Source: Eledone cirrhosa (taxonomy: Eukaryota). Taken from it: a DNA stretch of 64,000 nucleotides. The stretch spans positions 53,320,001 to 53,384,000 of the forward strand of contig OZ024748.1 of NCBI GenBank assembly GCA_964016885.1, given 5' to 3'. Below the pieces are notes generated by a model. The model searched no databases and was not told the origin of the DNA. It saw only the letters and a list, made by a program, of their open reading frames with translations. Positions 40,045 through 54,520 of this stretch are shown in pieces; the first letter of the stretch is position 1; each line of letters starts with the position of its first letter. The translations under genes and the position numbers were made by a program.

Positions 40045-41270
40045 TGGTAATTGTAGCATCGATGGTAGGTGGTGGTGGTGGTGATTGTAGCATCGATGGT
40101 GGTGGTGGTGGTGATTGTAGCATCAATGGTGGTGGTGGTGGTGGTGATTGTAACATCGATGGTGGTGGTGGTGGTGGTGGTGATGATTGTAGCATCAATG
40201 GTGGTGGTGGTGATTGTAGCATCGATGGTGGTGGTGGTGGTGGTGGTGATTGTAGCATCGATGGTGGTGGTGGTGGTGGTAGCTGTGAAGGTGGAGGTAT
40301 TTGTAGTATTAACGGTACAGTAGTCTAAATAGTAAGGGGGATTGTAATATTAATTGTATGATAGTATAGGTGGTGGTGGTAGTGGTGGTGGTGGTACTAA
40401 TGGGATGATAGTATTGGTGATGGTATTTATTATGGTATTAATAGTATACTTACATTTGTAGCGGTGATGGTGATGATGGTGTTGGTAGTGGTGGTGGTGT
40501 TTACACTATTAGTGTGATGGTGGTGTTGGTGTTGGTAGTAGGGGTGGTGGTGTTGGTAGTGGTGGTGGTGTTTACACTATTAGTGTGATGGTGGTGTTGG
40601 TGTTGGTAGTGGTGGTGGTGGTGTTGGTAGTGGTGGTGGTGTTTACACTATTAGTGTGATGGTGGTGTTGGTGTTGGTAGTGGTGGTGGTGGTGTTGGTA
40701 GTGGTGGTGGTGTTTACACTATTAGTGTGATGGTGGTGTTGGTGTTGGTAGTGGTGGTGGTGGTGTTGGTAGTGGTGGTGGTGTTTACACTATTAGTGTG
40801 ATGGTGGTGGTGGTGTTGGTGGTAGTGGTGGTGGTGGTGGTGTTTACACTATTAGTGTGATGATGGTGATGGTGTTGGTAGTAGGGGTGGTGTTTACACT
40901 ATTAGTGTGATGGTGATGGTGGTGGTGGTGCTATCTCGTTGGCAAGTGATAGTGGGGATCTTGATTATTCTAACATTAATGGTGTGATGGTATTGGTGCT
41001 GGTTCTGGTGAGGCTTGCATTATTAATGTTCTGATGACAATGATGATGATGATGGTGGTGGTGGTGATAGTGGTGACGATGATGGTGGTGATGGTGAGGA
41101 TGATGGTGGTGGTGGTGATGGTGGTGAGGATGATGGTATTGGTGCTGGTTCTGGTGAGGATTGCATTATTAATGTTCTGATGACAATGATGGTTGTGGTG
41201 ATAGTGGTGATGGTGATGGTGAGGCTGATGATGGTGGTGATGGTGAGGGTGGTGGTGGTGGTGGGTTTTT
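40045..41270. repeat. GGT-derived minisatellites (gattgtagcatcgat unit; gtttacactattagtgtgat unit of about 71 bp)
   Basis: Directly visible. Confidence 0.9.
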
Positions 41271-41649
41271 AGTGATAGTGGGGGATGTTGATTATAACAA
41301 TGTTAATTGTGTGATGGTATTAGTGGTAGGGGTAGTAGGGATGGAGGCAGTGGTGATGGGGGTTGCAGCGTTAATGTTATGAAAACATTTGTGGGAGGGG
41401 GTGATGGTAGAGATGGTGATTATTGCAGTATTAATGGTACAATGGTAATGAAAGCATAAAAACTATAAAGGAAAACTATAATGACATGATATAACAACAA
41501 CAAAACAAATTAAGATTTCCTCGTAATTTTCTTTTAAAATCCCCAAATGTTGTAAATGGGTCTCACCCCCCACCCACCCACCACACACACCTATCTGCCC
41601 CCCCCCCCCCCCTACACACACACACACACTTACAGACATACACAGTTTT

Positions 41650-41784
41650 TTCTTTCATGGTAAGTATAAAATTATTTCTGACATTGACACACAAGCAGAA
41701 ATTAATGAGTAACAGTGGTGTTATAATTAATTTATTCAAACCCACAATATGTCACTGGTAGTTATTTTAATGTTCCTTGAAGAA
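41650..41784 (+). ncRNA. Imperfect RNA hairpin
   Basis: ttctttcatgg/ccttgaagaa, tgacat/atgtca, aaattaat/attaattt and taaca-gtgg-tgtta are nested. Confidence 0.5.
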
Positions 41785-41859
41785 TGACAAGAAGAGGTGC
41801 TGAATCTTAACCAACCCCCACACCAAATATCTCACCATTCCTATTCCATTCTATTTGAA

Positions 41860-43880
41860 CTTAACCCCTTTGAAACCAAACTGCCTGAAACTGCTGCTAA
41901 TTCTGTCATACAAAACTATTTACTTTAAAGTGTTTATATTTATCTAAAAACCTTCCATCATAATTTTGTATAGGAGCCTTTGTTAAGTGATGTTCCAAAC
42001 ACCAACAGTGTCTTTCATTAGAAATATGGTAATGAAAGGGTTAAAGTGTTTATATCTATCTAAAAACCTTCCATCATAATTTTATGTAAGAACCTGTGTT
42101 AAGTTATGTTCCAAACACCAACAGTGTCTTTCATTAGAAATATGGTAATGAAAGGGTTAAAGTGTTTATATTTATCTAAAAACCCTCTATCATAATTTTA
42201 TGTAGGAACCTTTGTTAAGTTATGTTCCAAATTCTAGGTTCATAATGATAAAGTTAAATATGTTTCTAAATCACTCCAAATTGTTGATTATTTTCAAAGT
42301 TATTTGGAAATTGTAGGCTGTGAATTTCATTTGAAGTATGGTAATGAAAGGCTTAGAATTTCAAGGGACAAACTCACAGACACCAAACCTATAAAATATC
42401 GGGCATGGGGTTGAGTTAACAAGAGAACCTATATGTGGTTATACCAATTACCTGAAGTAACATCCAAAACTTCCTCAAATCTAGACCTAGCATCTTAGCA
42501 TCTTAACTCTTTTCTGACCGTATTTCTAATGAAATATACTTTGTTTCAATTAATTAATGAAGAATTTTAAGAGATTAACTAAGATTAATAATTGTTTCAT
42601 TACTAAGGTAATAACTTGCCATATAATTTTTATATAAAATTATCTTGGAAGATATATAATTTAATAGAAACCCTTTAAAATGGGTGTTTCTTTTTTTTTT
42701 TTTTTTTTTGTTTCATAGAATCAGAAGTGGTTTTGGATGGGTTTGGTTTTGAAAAGGTTAAAGGAAAATAAGATAAGATAATCCAGTAAACAGTAGGTTT
42801 CAAATAAATTAATGAGGGATGGTTATTTGTAAATAGCCCAGACAACAATAGAAATAATTTAAAATTGATATTAATATATTTTCAGTTCAAATTATTTTAT
42901 ATTACTTTTGAAATTCATCAGCTCAAACCAGTTTATATCTCTTTCAAAATGTCTAACCTTTTTGTTATCATATTTTTAATGAAATATACTGTCTATATAT
43001 ATCAATTAATTCTAAAAATCTGAAGAGTTTAATGAAATAAATAAACTTTTTAATTGACTAAGTCAAAGGTCACAGACATGTGGTCCTTAAATTACTTTTC
43101 TAAGGCCTGTGGCAGAACAATTTTTGTGACTAATATTTTCTTAAAACTTAGTAATTTGTCCCTTGCCCCTTCCATACTCTAACATCAGCATCAGCATCAG
43201 TACTAAGTATCAAATAAATAACAACCTATCAGCTGTATTACATTTTAGCCTTATAACAAGTGAAAATCCTGCCCCACCACCTCATGTCACTTTTGGTTCA
43301 CTGGGCCTCTCCCCCAAGATGTTGAGTCCTTGAGTTTGTGACTCCTGCACTAAACTGATGTTTGAAACATTTCTTAACAAAAATTTATTAAATAAAATTA
43401 TGATGTGAAGTCTTAATATAATTATGAACCTTATAAAAGAGACAGTTTTATAGCCTATAAGCAGGAGTGGTTTCAGGCAGGTCACTATCAAAAGGGTTAA
43501 GTTCAAAAGAGATATAAAAAAAGTTTGAACGTTTTTCTCTTCTTCACTGAAAACGAATTTATATCAATTTTATAACTCTTTTGAGACCATCCTATCCAAA
43601 ACCACATTTAATTCTATGAAACATAATCACCCATTTTAAAGGTTTCATATTCAAAATTAAAATCTTCCAACATAATTTGATATTAGAATCTTTTATTAAG
43701 TTACATTACAAATAGCATCTTAATAAGGAAATCAGTATTAATTTAAGTAAATCCCTCAAAATTCTTCGTTAATTAAGTAATTAATTCAAATACAATGTAT
43801 TTCATTAAAAATCATCTTCATCATCATCGTTTTATGTCCATTTTAGCATGGCTTAAAAATATGGTAACAAAAAGGTTTCT
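41860..43880. mobile_element. Cluster of decayed piggyBac-type MITEs (TTAACCC.../...GGGTTAA), with an internal tandem repeat of about 116 bp and a nested hAT-like MITE (about 43065-43348)
   Basis: ttaacccctttgaaacc, aaatatggtaatgaaagggttaa (x2), ttaactctttt and caaaagggttaa termini. Confidence 0.6.
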
Positions 43881-45424
43881 GTTTATATTGGTTACTTTTG
43901 TTGAAGAATACATTCATTGCGGCAATGAAAACCAGAGATGATCTTCATTAGTAGATTACATTTGATCATAGGACTACCTGATCAGAACCAACCTAGGGCT
44001 AAACAACAGTAACAATAGCCTAGCTTCATCTCATCAGATTTAAAACAGAGGGCCAAATCCCTAGAACTACTAAATGCTGTAACTCATTTTCGTTTCCTGC
44101 CCTTTGCCGTTTCCTTCCTCTCCACCATCTTTTTTTTTATTTATTTCTTTAATTGTTTTATTTATTTATTTAATTATTTACTTTATTTTATTTTTCATTA
44201 AAAAAAATAATAATGAAAATGAAAACTACAGCAATAAATAAAAAAAAAATATAATTTCCATTTATCACATGCTTAACACGAAACAACAATAACATCAACA
44301 ACAACAGCTACAACAACAACGTAGAAAATACAAATAAAACACACACAACAAAAGATATTCAAGTAAAACAAAACAAAACCCCCCCAAAAAACAGATAAAA
44401 ACTAAAACAAAGGCTTTCTTTTAATTTCATTTTGGCAATGTTTAAAATAATTCTTAACGAGAGAGGAAATATGTTTTTGCTTATTTCCTTTAATTAAATT
44501 TCTCTGCTGACAATGGTTTGGTGGGGGTGACAAGAAGAAGGTGGTGGTGGTGTTGTGGCGGTGGTGGCGGTGAGAATACTTTGGTAAATGTCGAGATTCT
44601 TTTCTCTTTACAGTTTAGTTATTTTTATTGATTTTGTTGTCTCGTGTTATTTTTGTTAAATATGTTTTGATTTTTATTTGTTCAAAGAAATATATGTGAA
44701 GAAGAATTTTTATTTTATTTTATTTCGACAAAAAAATAAAAACAGAAAAAGAAAAGAAAAAGAGAGGAAAGAATAGGGGTGGGGGTGGGTGGAATTAAGA
44801 ATGAAAGAAAAAAAGACAGAATTGTAGAAAGATAGATAGAAAGAGGAGAAAAAAGATAGAAGGTAAATAAGAAAGGAAGGAAGGAAAGGTTGCACTGATA
44901 TCTTATTTATTCTAATAAATCATTACATATTTTATGACATAGCGAAATCATAAAGAAAGGATGTGTAATTAATGGCTCTTTCTAACATTTACCTTAAATG
45001 GGGTTTACGTGTGTGGTGTGTGTATATTTATATATATATATATATATATATGCATACATACACATACATACATACATGTGTGTGTGTATGTGAGTGTATG
45101 TATGTATATATATATAATATATATATTAATACACATGCATTCATAGATACATGTATGTATACATACATTCAGACAGACACACACACACACACATATATAT
45201 ATATAAAGTATATATATATATGTATGTATAAATTTGTATATAATATATCTATCTATCTATCTACATGGATATGTATATAAGTATATCTCCTATATATATA
45301 TATGTGTGTTTGTGTGTGTGTTTGTGTAAGTATAAATACATTTACAGATAAAGAAGTAGAACCGGCATTAAACAGATAAACTAAGTCAGGAGGAATAGAG
45401 AGGGTTACTAGAATACATTTAAAT

Positions 45425-45990
45425 GATGGTGGTACCGTGTTGGTAGTACTGTGTTGGTGGTACTGTGATGGTGGTATTGTGTTGGTGGTACTGTGATGGT
45501 GGTACTGTGATGGTGGTACTGTGATGGTGGTACTGTGATGGTGGTACTGTGTTGGTGGTACCGTGTTGGTGGTACTGTGTTGGTGGTACTGTGATGGTGG
45601 TACTGTTGGAGGTAGTACTGTGATGGTGGTACTGTGATGGTGGTACTGTGTTGGTGGTACTGTGATGGTGGTACTGTGATGGTGGTACTGTGATGGTGGT
45701 ACTGTGTTGGTGGTACCGTGTTGGTGGTACCGTGTTGGTGGTACTGTGTTGGTGGTACTGTGATGGTGGTACTGTTGGAGGTAGTACTGTGATGGTGGTA
45801 CTGTGATGGTGGTACTGTGTTGGTGGTACTGTGTTTGTGGTAGTACTGTGATGGTGGTACCATGTTGGTGGTACCATGATGGTGGTAGTACTGTGATGAT
45901 GGTACCATGATGGTCATACTGTGATGGTGGTACCACAGTGGTTGTACTGGGATGGTGGTGTCATGATGGTGGTACTGTGATGGTAGTACC
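45425..45990. repeat. 14-bp minisatellite ggtggtactgtg(a/t)t
   Basis: Directly visible. Confidence 0.95.
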
Positions 45991-46031
45991 AAGATGGTGG
46001 AAGTGTTGTCAAAACTATTCAATGGTATCAT

Positions 46032-46290
46032 TAAAACAGAGACAGCACCTCATGATTGGTATAAGATGGTAGCAACACCTATTCACAAAAGAGGAACCAA
46101 ACTGAACCATTTAAATTAAGGAGCTGTTGCACTCCTCTCAATTCCTGGCAAAGTCTTCTACAAACAATCAATGAATAGATGTTCAACAATAGTCAAACGT
46201 TCAATGATTGAATCACAATGTGGCTTTAGACCAGGAAGAGGGCCTTTGATGAGATCTTCAATGTAAGACAATCAAGAAGGCAAAGGAACA
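46032..46290 (+). mobile_element. Decayed LINE reverse-transcriptase fragment (RTE-like)
   Basis: PHDWYKMVATPIHKRGTKLNHLN*GAVALLSIPGKVF...ESQCGFRPGRG..DEIFNVRQ matches non-LTR RT domains 1-2. Confidence 0.8.
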
Positions 46291-46532
46291 GCCAGCTGTA
46301 GGAATCAACCATTAGGAAGGGTATCCCAGCTGTAGAAACCAACCATTAGGAAGGGCATCTAGCTGTAGAAACCAACCATTAGGAAGGGCAGCCATCTGTA
46401 GGAACCAACCATTAGGAAGGGTATCCCAGCTGTAGAAATCAACCCAGAAACAGTTCTGATCTGATTTGTTTCAGAATAAGACAACTCGTCAAACCCATGC
46501 TAGAGTGGAAAATCGACATGAAATGGTGATGA
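46290..46532 (+). mobile_element. RTE-tailed SINE 3' fragment with a 4x tandem ccattaggaaggg...agctgtagaaaccaa
   Basis: Directly visible; tail aacccatgctagagtggaaaatcgac...atggtgatg. Confidence 0.7.
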
Positions 46533-46588
46533 TATATATCCGTATATATGTGAGTATATATATGCATGTATATATATATATGCGTGTC

Positions 46589-46619
<31 letters not shown>

Positions 46620-46656
46620 ATATGTATATGTGTATATGTATGTATATATATATATA

Positions 46657-46687
<31 letters not shown>

Positions 46688-46978
46688 GTGTGTATATATA
46701 TATATATGTGTGTGTGTATATATATATGTACATTATATGTATATATATGTATGTATATATATATGTATATGTATGTGTATATATATATATATACGTGTGT
46801 ATATATATATATATATGTGTGTGTGTATATATATGTACATTATATGTATATATATGTATGTATATATAGATGTATATGTATGTGTATATATATATATACA
46901 CACACATTACACATACTCCACACTAGAAACACATAAAAAACACAAAGCAACACTTATATAGATGCATATATAATGGGC

Positions 46979-47366
46979 TTTCTTTATTTCTCCTTTTCCT
47001 TTTTATTATTATACCTAACAAAGGCATAATTGATTGATATATAGCTGTCATATGCTATAATTATATTTGCAAATATTAATGAAACTGGCTTGCAGAATTG
47101 TTGATATAACTGTCCTGTAAATGGATGCTAGCTTAACTAACGCATTCTTAATTCCAAAGTTTATTGACATAATCTCAAAATGAATTGTGTTGAAATTCTT
47201 ACATGGCATTCTTTTGCTTTTTCTTTTTGTTTTCTTTTCGTCGTTGTTGGGTTTTTTTGCTGATTATTCCATTTGATATGGTTCTTAATCAGTTCTGTTT
47301 GCTCTTTCCTGCTCCATTGTATGAATGAGAGAAAATATTTGTGAGGATTATGAGAAAATGAAGAAA
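46979..47366 (+). ncRNA. Long imperfect RNA hairpin
   Basis: tttctttatttctc/gagaaaatgaagaaa, tgtcat/atggca, tataatt/aattgtg, ttaatgaaact/agtttattga and gaatt/aattc are nested, with several G-U pairs. Confidence 0.5.
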
Positions 47367-47409
47367 TGATTTCTCTTTAACTTTCAATGTCTTGTACTGC
47401 ATGAAACCC

Positions 47410-48012
47410 CATTAGTAAGATATTCTTGCAAAAGTACAAAACCAAGATGGTGTAGGACAGAACAAAGGAGAGACACAAAATAAAAACCCAGTCACTGAGG
47501 AGGCCACATAATGTGTAACGAAAGAGCTTTGACAATATATGAGCAACCTTTCAGTTATCCAACCAACCAACCAACCGGAAATTCATAATAAATTGAAATG
47601 AAAACCAACAGGTGCGTGTGTTTTTATTGGCAACATGACCCTCCAAAGTATAACAATATCACTATGATTATATCAGATAAAATGTAATGTTTTTACTCAA
47701 ATACTACAAATGTTCACAACAAACTGTCTACTAGTAAAGACACTACACACCACATAAACCACATTAGCAAGATATTCTTGCAAAGGTACAAAACAACACT
47801 ATGACTAAATCACATTAAAAAAAATAAAGATCTCATACTAATACTGTAAATTTTCACAGCAAACTGTCTACTAGTAAAGACACTAAAACCACATGAAATG
47901 ACATAAGCAAGTCATTCTTGGTTACTACAAAACAGCACTATGACTGAATCATTAAACAAAAATAGTCTTTTCTCTAATACTGCAAATTTCCTTAAACTGT
48001 CCATTAGTAAAG
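47410..48012. repeat. Diverged tandem repeat of about 140 bp (3-4 units); the first unit is interrupted by the H2 PLE fragment
   Basis: aaactgtc(t/c)a..agtaaaga at 47721, 47861 and 47994; agatattcttgcaaa at about 47418 and 47770. Confidence 0.75.
47491..47533 (+). ncRNA. Minimal type I hammerhead (family H2) in PLE fragment 47438-47657
   Basis: GTCA-CTGAGGA-G-G..CACAT/ATGTG..C-GAAA-G(AG)C-TT-TGAC; the element is homologous to 37220-37455. Confidence 0.6.
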
Positions 48013-48664
48013 ATAATACAAACATCTGAATTAGCAAACCTTTCTTTAGATATTTTCTGCAGAATCAATGAAGGATGTTATGAGTTAAGATATAAGGGAT
48101 TGAGTGAATATTCTAATGTCAATTAGAATTAAGGTCAGATTTAGAATGAATGCTAAGGTTAGAATTAATGCTATATTTAGAGTGAATGCTAATTTTAGAA
48201 TGAATGCTTGAGGTATGCTAAGATATTGCTTTGGCTTAATGATAAAATCAATTATAATTTTAGTTATTAAATCTTTTCGTGCTGAAGAGAATGTTAGAGG
48301 AATGCTAACATGACAAAACCATATGAATAAACTAACGTAAGAGACATTTATAAAGAAATGATACAGAGAATTAGTAAGTATAGCAATGTTTCAGAGAATG
48401 CTAGGAAATGCTAAGATATAACAAATGATTGATTTAAGATTCAAGTGATTTGTATAATATGTTCATGCTTGAGAGAATGTAAGAGAATGCTAATGAAATA
48501 TGAAAAGATTGTGTAGAGATGTATTAATCATTTTTATGCTCCAGAGAATGCTAGGGAATGTTAAAGAATGAGAAAAGAACGATTTAAGATTAAAGTGACT
48601 CGTGTATAGAAGTACATTGGAAGCCACTTAATATAATCGTGGATAATGATGGATAATGTTATCA

Positions 48665-49370
48665 GGTGGTTATCTGGATTGGCAGAATCATTAGAGTGTT
48701 GGAAAAAATGTTTTTTGGGGTATTAGATTTGGCTCTTTATATTCTGAGTTCAAATTCTGCCAAGGTCAACTTTGCCTTTCATCCATCTGGGGTCGATAAA
48801 ACAAAATACCAGTGAAGATCTGGGGTTGACATAATCAACTTTTCTTCTCTCTTCAAAATTGTTGGCCTTCTGCCAAAATTGCTAACCAATATTAGTGGGT
48901 TCCAAAAATGCTTATGGTATTTTTATGGACCTCTGAGTGTGTCAACAATGTGTGCTCCAGTTGTTCAATCAACAGAACAGCCTGATAAGTGGCTGAGCAT
49001 TCCGCAGGTACGTGTACCCTTAATGCAATTCTCAGGGAGATTCAGCATGACACAGTCTGTGACAAGGCTGCCCTTTTGTATTACAGGTACAGTCTATCTT
49101 ATATAATAGTGTAAGTGGCAGAGAATTCCAAAGACACATGTAGCTTTAATGTAATTCTCAGGGAGATTCAGCATGTCACAGTGTTTGACATGGCTGACCC
49201 TTTGAATTACGGGTACAGTTCTACTGATGCACTTCCAAACAGTTTCTGTCTACCTAATTTCACTCACAAGGTATGGGTTGATCTGAGATTATGGAAAATG
49301 ACACTTGAATAAGATACCATGCTATAGGATTAAACCCAGGATGAAATGATCGTGTATCAAACTCCTTAAA
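48665..49370. mobile_element. Older SINE A copy followed by SINE 3' fragments (duplicated ttctcagggagattcagc segment)
   Basis: Core tttgcctttcatcc...gggtcgataaa; duplication at about 49030 and 49155. Confidence 0.7.
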
Positions 49371-49579
49371 GACTCAGCCATATTGTGACTACAAGATATT
49401 GTTATATAGTCTGTTATATATAAGGTTTGTGTGCATAACAGATAAAACTGTAAGATATGTATATGTATGTGTGCTACAGTCTAAAAGAGTGTGTGACCGT
49501 GAAATATACACATACTGTATATACAAGGTCCGAACACAAAAGAACCAAACTCTCACTGTCTCCATCTCACCCTTCTCCC

Positions 49580-49905
49580 CATCTGTCACTATTATGAACA
49601 TATGGGGGCCCACATGCTGGCCACCCTGCAGCCCCGGCAGACAGAATAAACAGGGGGTGTTTCCCGAAGAATGGTGATGGAGACGTGCTGGAAGGGACAT
49701 TCCAGCTCACGAGGCTCATACCTGCAGGTAGCCAATTCTGCACCAATGGTGGTGAGTAAGGAAGTGGCCCTAGGGCCAAGGACACCAGAAGTCTCCACTG
49801 CTATGGGCTCGACTGTTGAATGTATACTGCTGGTTATTGTTATCTATACAAGTCTGTGACATAGTGATTACAATAAGCAGCTTCCACTGTGCTCCTATGA
49901 TCCTC
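49580..49905 (-). mobile_element. Non-LTR retrotransposon 3' end with a restriction-like endonuclease C-terminus (CRE-like)
   Basis: EPIAVETSGVLGPRATSLLTTIG...EPRELECPFQHVSITILR matches the PxAxETxGxxG...PRE...QRxSxAxxRGN pattern. Confidence 0.65.
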
Positions 49906-50969
49906 CTAGGAATAAGTGGGTGAAGAGGAAAGAAAAGAATGTTAGAAATATGCACACAAAAGAGTTAATGTATATGAGAGATGCTATGATAGTGTAGAAC
50001 TAGTGAAAAAACTACCTTGAAACTAATCAAAGTTGTTTCAGTTTTTAATTCTTTTGTTACCTTACTTCTAATGAAATACATTACCAATATGTTTCAATTA
50101 TTTTTGAAAATAACCAAACATTTACTAAAATTACTAATTTTTTTAAACAAACATTTATTAACATCCCCTATGTGAATGATTGACAAATGTCACATCAATA
50201 AACTAGTAACCCCATCTAGCTTTGAAGTTATGAACTGTTGGAAAAGAATTCAAACATGTTAAGATGAGTTATCTCGTCTGTGGCACTGAAGGGGTTAAGA
50301 ACATTTCCGAAGGGGTTAAGAACCCTTTACTCTATATATACTATTATATTTTAATGGTAAAGGCTTTACCTCACATAATTACCTCACATAATTACCTCAC
50401 ATAATATCGAATCTATGAGATTTTGATATTATTTATTTTGAGAACAATACCTTAACATTAGTATGAGTGGCCAGTTACAGCCAACTTGAGCAGAAAGAGG
50501 TGATGGAATTCTGGCTGGATACAACCGGTTTAAATGAGAAAGGGTTAAATAAAATTATAATGGATGGCTTTAATTATAAACATAATCATTTTAAAGTATT
50601 GCCACAAATGCAGAGCAGTTTCAGGTGATTTCGTATCAAAAGGATTAAGATAATTGTAAAGCATAATAAGAAAGAGCCTGTTTGAAATTTGGATCGATTC
50701 CTATATTAAATAATATAGTTGTTAATTTGATAATACTTAATGGTAAAATGTGTTAAAGAAAGAGAAAAGTTTCAAATGCACCAAATCACTTAGATTTCCC
50801 CTAACGCATATACTATAAATATGAAGAAGAAAATAAAATTATTAGTCTTTTTCAGCTCATTTAAAGGTAAAGATTATGTGTGATGTAAACAATTTAATTT
50901 TCTCACACATACCTACCCACATATGTGTGTCTGTGTAAATATATGTGTGTGTGTGTATATATATATATC

Positions 50970-51310
50970 ATATATTGAGTTAGAAACTCAAAATAGTCTC
51001 TTACAATTAAATAGCTCCAAGAAAGAAGTTTTCTGAGCCGTGTAATATAATTGAACATACGAGAGAGATAAACTCAAATATAAACATACATGTGTTCGAA
51101 TTGTAAAGGACCAGGTTTGCTAGGCTGAAAAAATACTAACTCTAACAATATGGTTTGCCAGACTTAATTTAAGCAGTAAATCAAGAAAGAGAATAACAAA
51201 CCTATATTAGGCAACTGCCTAAAAACACCTAGACAGTTATAGAAACTGGTCCTTTACAATTCAAACACATGTATGTTTATATTTGTGTTTATCTGTCTTG
51301 TATGTTCAAT
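50970..51310. mobile_element. PLE-like terminal fragment with a partial inverted copy (same family as 9404-9825)
   Basis: Homologous to 9404-9825; inverted arms at about 51047-51117 / 51244-51310. Confidence 0.6.
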
Positions 51311-51326
51311 ATATATATATATATAT

Positions 51327-51634
<308 letters not shown>

Positions 51635-51859
51635 AAATATTAAACAAATAATGAATAAAACAATGAAACAGTTCCTTATATTAAACAAAAAAAGTTCATT
51701 ATTTAACGATCGTTTCTAGGATATATATGTGTTAGAATTGGCATGCATATTCAACAGATCTATGTACAAAATTATAAACTACCGTAAACTTGGCATGCAT
51801 ATTCAACAGATCTATGTACAAAATTATAAACTACCGTAAACTCTTGGTAGATTTATCTA

Positions 51860-52405
<546 letters not shown>

Positions 52406-54038
52406 AATGATATATTTATCAAATTCAGATGATAGAAAAGATTATATAAGTGTATTTGTATATATATATATATATATTTAATATAGAATTGGCTCCTAGA
52501 GGACTAGAACTGTTTCATTTGGGAGAAATCATCAGGAAGTTCTAGTCCTGTAGAAGCCAATTCAATACAATTAAATATTTATACTCTGCTATGTATTGAG
52601 TACCTTACTTATATAAACTTATATATATATATATATACATATTTAACAAATTCAGATGATAGAAAAAATTATCATCATCATCATCGTTTAATGTCTATCT
52701 TCCACACTAGCATGGGTTAGACAGGTTTGTATCATTTAGAGGCAAGTTGGGTCAGGTGATCATGTCTCACTCATATAGGACAGTTTCCAGCTGGTTTTCT
52801 ATGGCTGGATGCCCTTCCTAATGCCAACCATATTTACAGTTTGTGCTGGGTGCTTTTTACCGTGTCTTTTAAAGGACCACTTTACAGTGTGGGCTGAGTG
52901 CTTTTTGTCATGCCACCTACATGAGCACTTACAGAGTGGGCTGCATGCTTTGTGGTACCAATGTAACATACACACACATATATATATATATACATATATA
53001 TACACATATATATATATAATGATGTATATATATATATATATATATACGTATATCATCATCACCTCCATCTTATGTCCCCTTTCCACGCTACCATGGGTTA
53101 TATGTGTGTATATATATCATCATTTAATGTCCATTTTCCACATTAGCACGGGTTTACATGTGTGTGTGTATATATATATATATTAATATAGATATATAGA
53201 GAGAGAAACAGAGAGAGAGAGAGAGAGAATAGTTGCTGTAATAAAGAACCCTTGCAGCTCACCATTGAAGCTTTTAGATTCATGATTCTCTTCCAATAAA
53301 ATGGTTGTATCTGAAGTGTTAAGAATTATTTACAATAGACATTATAGGGTTAAAGAATTCTTGCTAGAATAGAGACAGGCTTTCCTTAGTAATAAATTAC
53401 CTCAAATTGTGTAACAAATTCTTCAGTTGTTAAGCCTAGATAATGTGAGAAAATAGTCTTTAGTAATAAATTGGTGTTGTGGTCAAGTGGTCGAGTTAAT
53501 GGACAAATTGGTCAATAGATTGGGAATTCTTATAAATTATAAGTATTTAGTGATGACTGAGCATATGATGCATTATTCAAACATGCTTCAGTTGAACTAG
53601 CAATGGAGAAAAAGGTACCAGATGTTCTGGTTATTTTAATAGTTGTTGTTTAACCCAATACAATAAACAAATCCAACCCAACCCTTGCAAGCTATGAATG
53701 ACAATGCTTCAAATTCTCAATTTTCTATATTATATAAATTCAGTTGTCCATGGGTATTCGAGGGGAGGGGTCACATTCCTATGGCACCCGCGAAGAGTGA
53801 AAAACCACGAATATTGGACATGGTCCATAAAAATGCCTATAAACGTCAAAATATAACATAGAATATAATTATTAAAATTTAACATTAAAAAAATATTGCC
53901 ACGAAAAATGGCATTAAAAAAATTGTGGAAAATATTTACGATTCCGCGAATTTGCAGTGATTTCCACGAACAATTATTAGTTAGGTTCTAAGAAAAATTC
54001 CGCAAATAACCAGGACTGTGAATGCTGAGGGTACACTG

Positions 54039-54095
<57 letters not shown>

Positions 54096-54137
54096 ATACT
54101 TGGGGAGGGTCATATTGTTGTAATAATATTGCAAGAA

Positions 54138-54300
54138 ATAATTGTTTCTACTTTTAGCACAAGGCCAGCAATTATCCCAGTGCATTACTGGTACTTTATT
54201 TTATCGACCCTGTAAGGATGAAAGGCAAAGTTAACCTTGACGGGATTTGAACTCAGACCATAAAGGGACCTAACTATACTGATACTGCCAATTCACCACC
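54138..54300 (-). mobile_element. SINE family A (internally deleted)
   Basis: Family A core and tail on -. Confidence 0.8.
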
Positions 54301-54520
54301 TTTATATTGCCAGAAATAATAACAGAACACACTCACTGTTTGGTTGGTTTTCGCTTCTGTATCTTTTATATCTCCACAGTTAATTCATTTGGTCCCCAAT
54401 GTTTTTCATTGACTGACCAACGGTCAAAAATACAGATATTATATAGATAGATATAAAGACACACACATGCTTCTCTTCTTACTTTCCTCTATCTTTCTAT
54501 TTCTTTTATTTCTTATTCTA

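Noticed and set aside
52500-52548. Hammerhead on - (CTGATGA-TTTctcccAAAT-GAAAC), related copy at 14213-14250
   Set aside because: Stem II and stem I registers are non-canonical, and the second copy lacks CUGANGA.
53240-53640. Decayed LINE RT on the - strand
   Set aside because: Only a vague SPLL-like match, with no YADD/FADD or ordered RT motifs.
54389-54397. miR-133-like ttggtcccc
   Set aside because: Only 9 nt match, the rest of the mature sequence is absent, and there is no hairpin.
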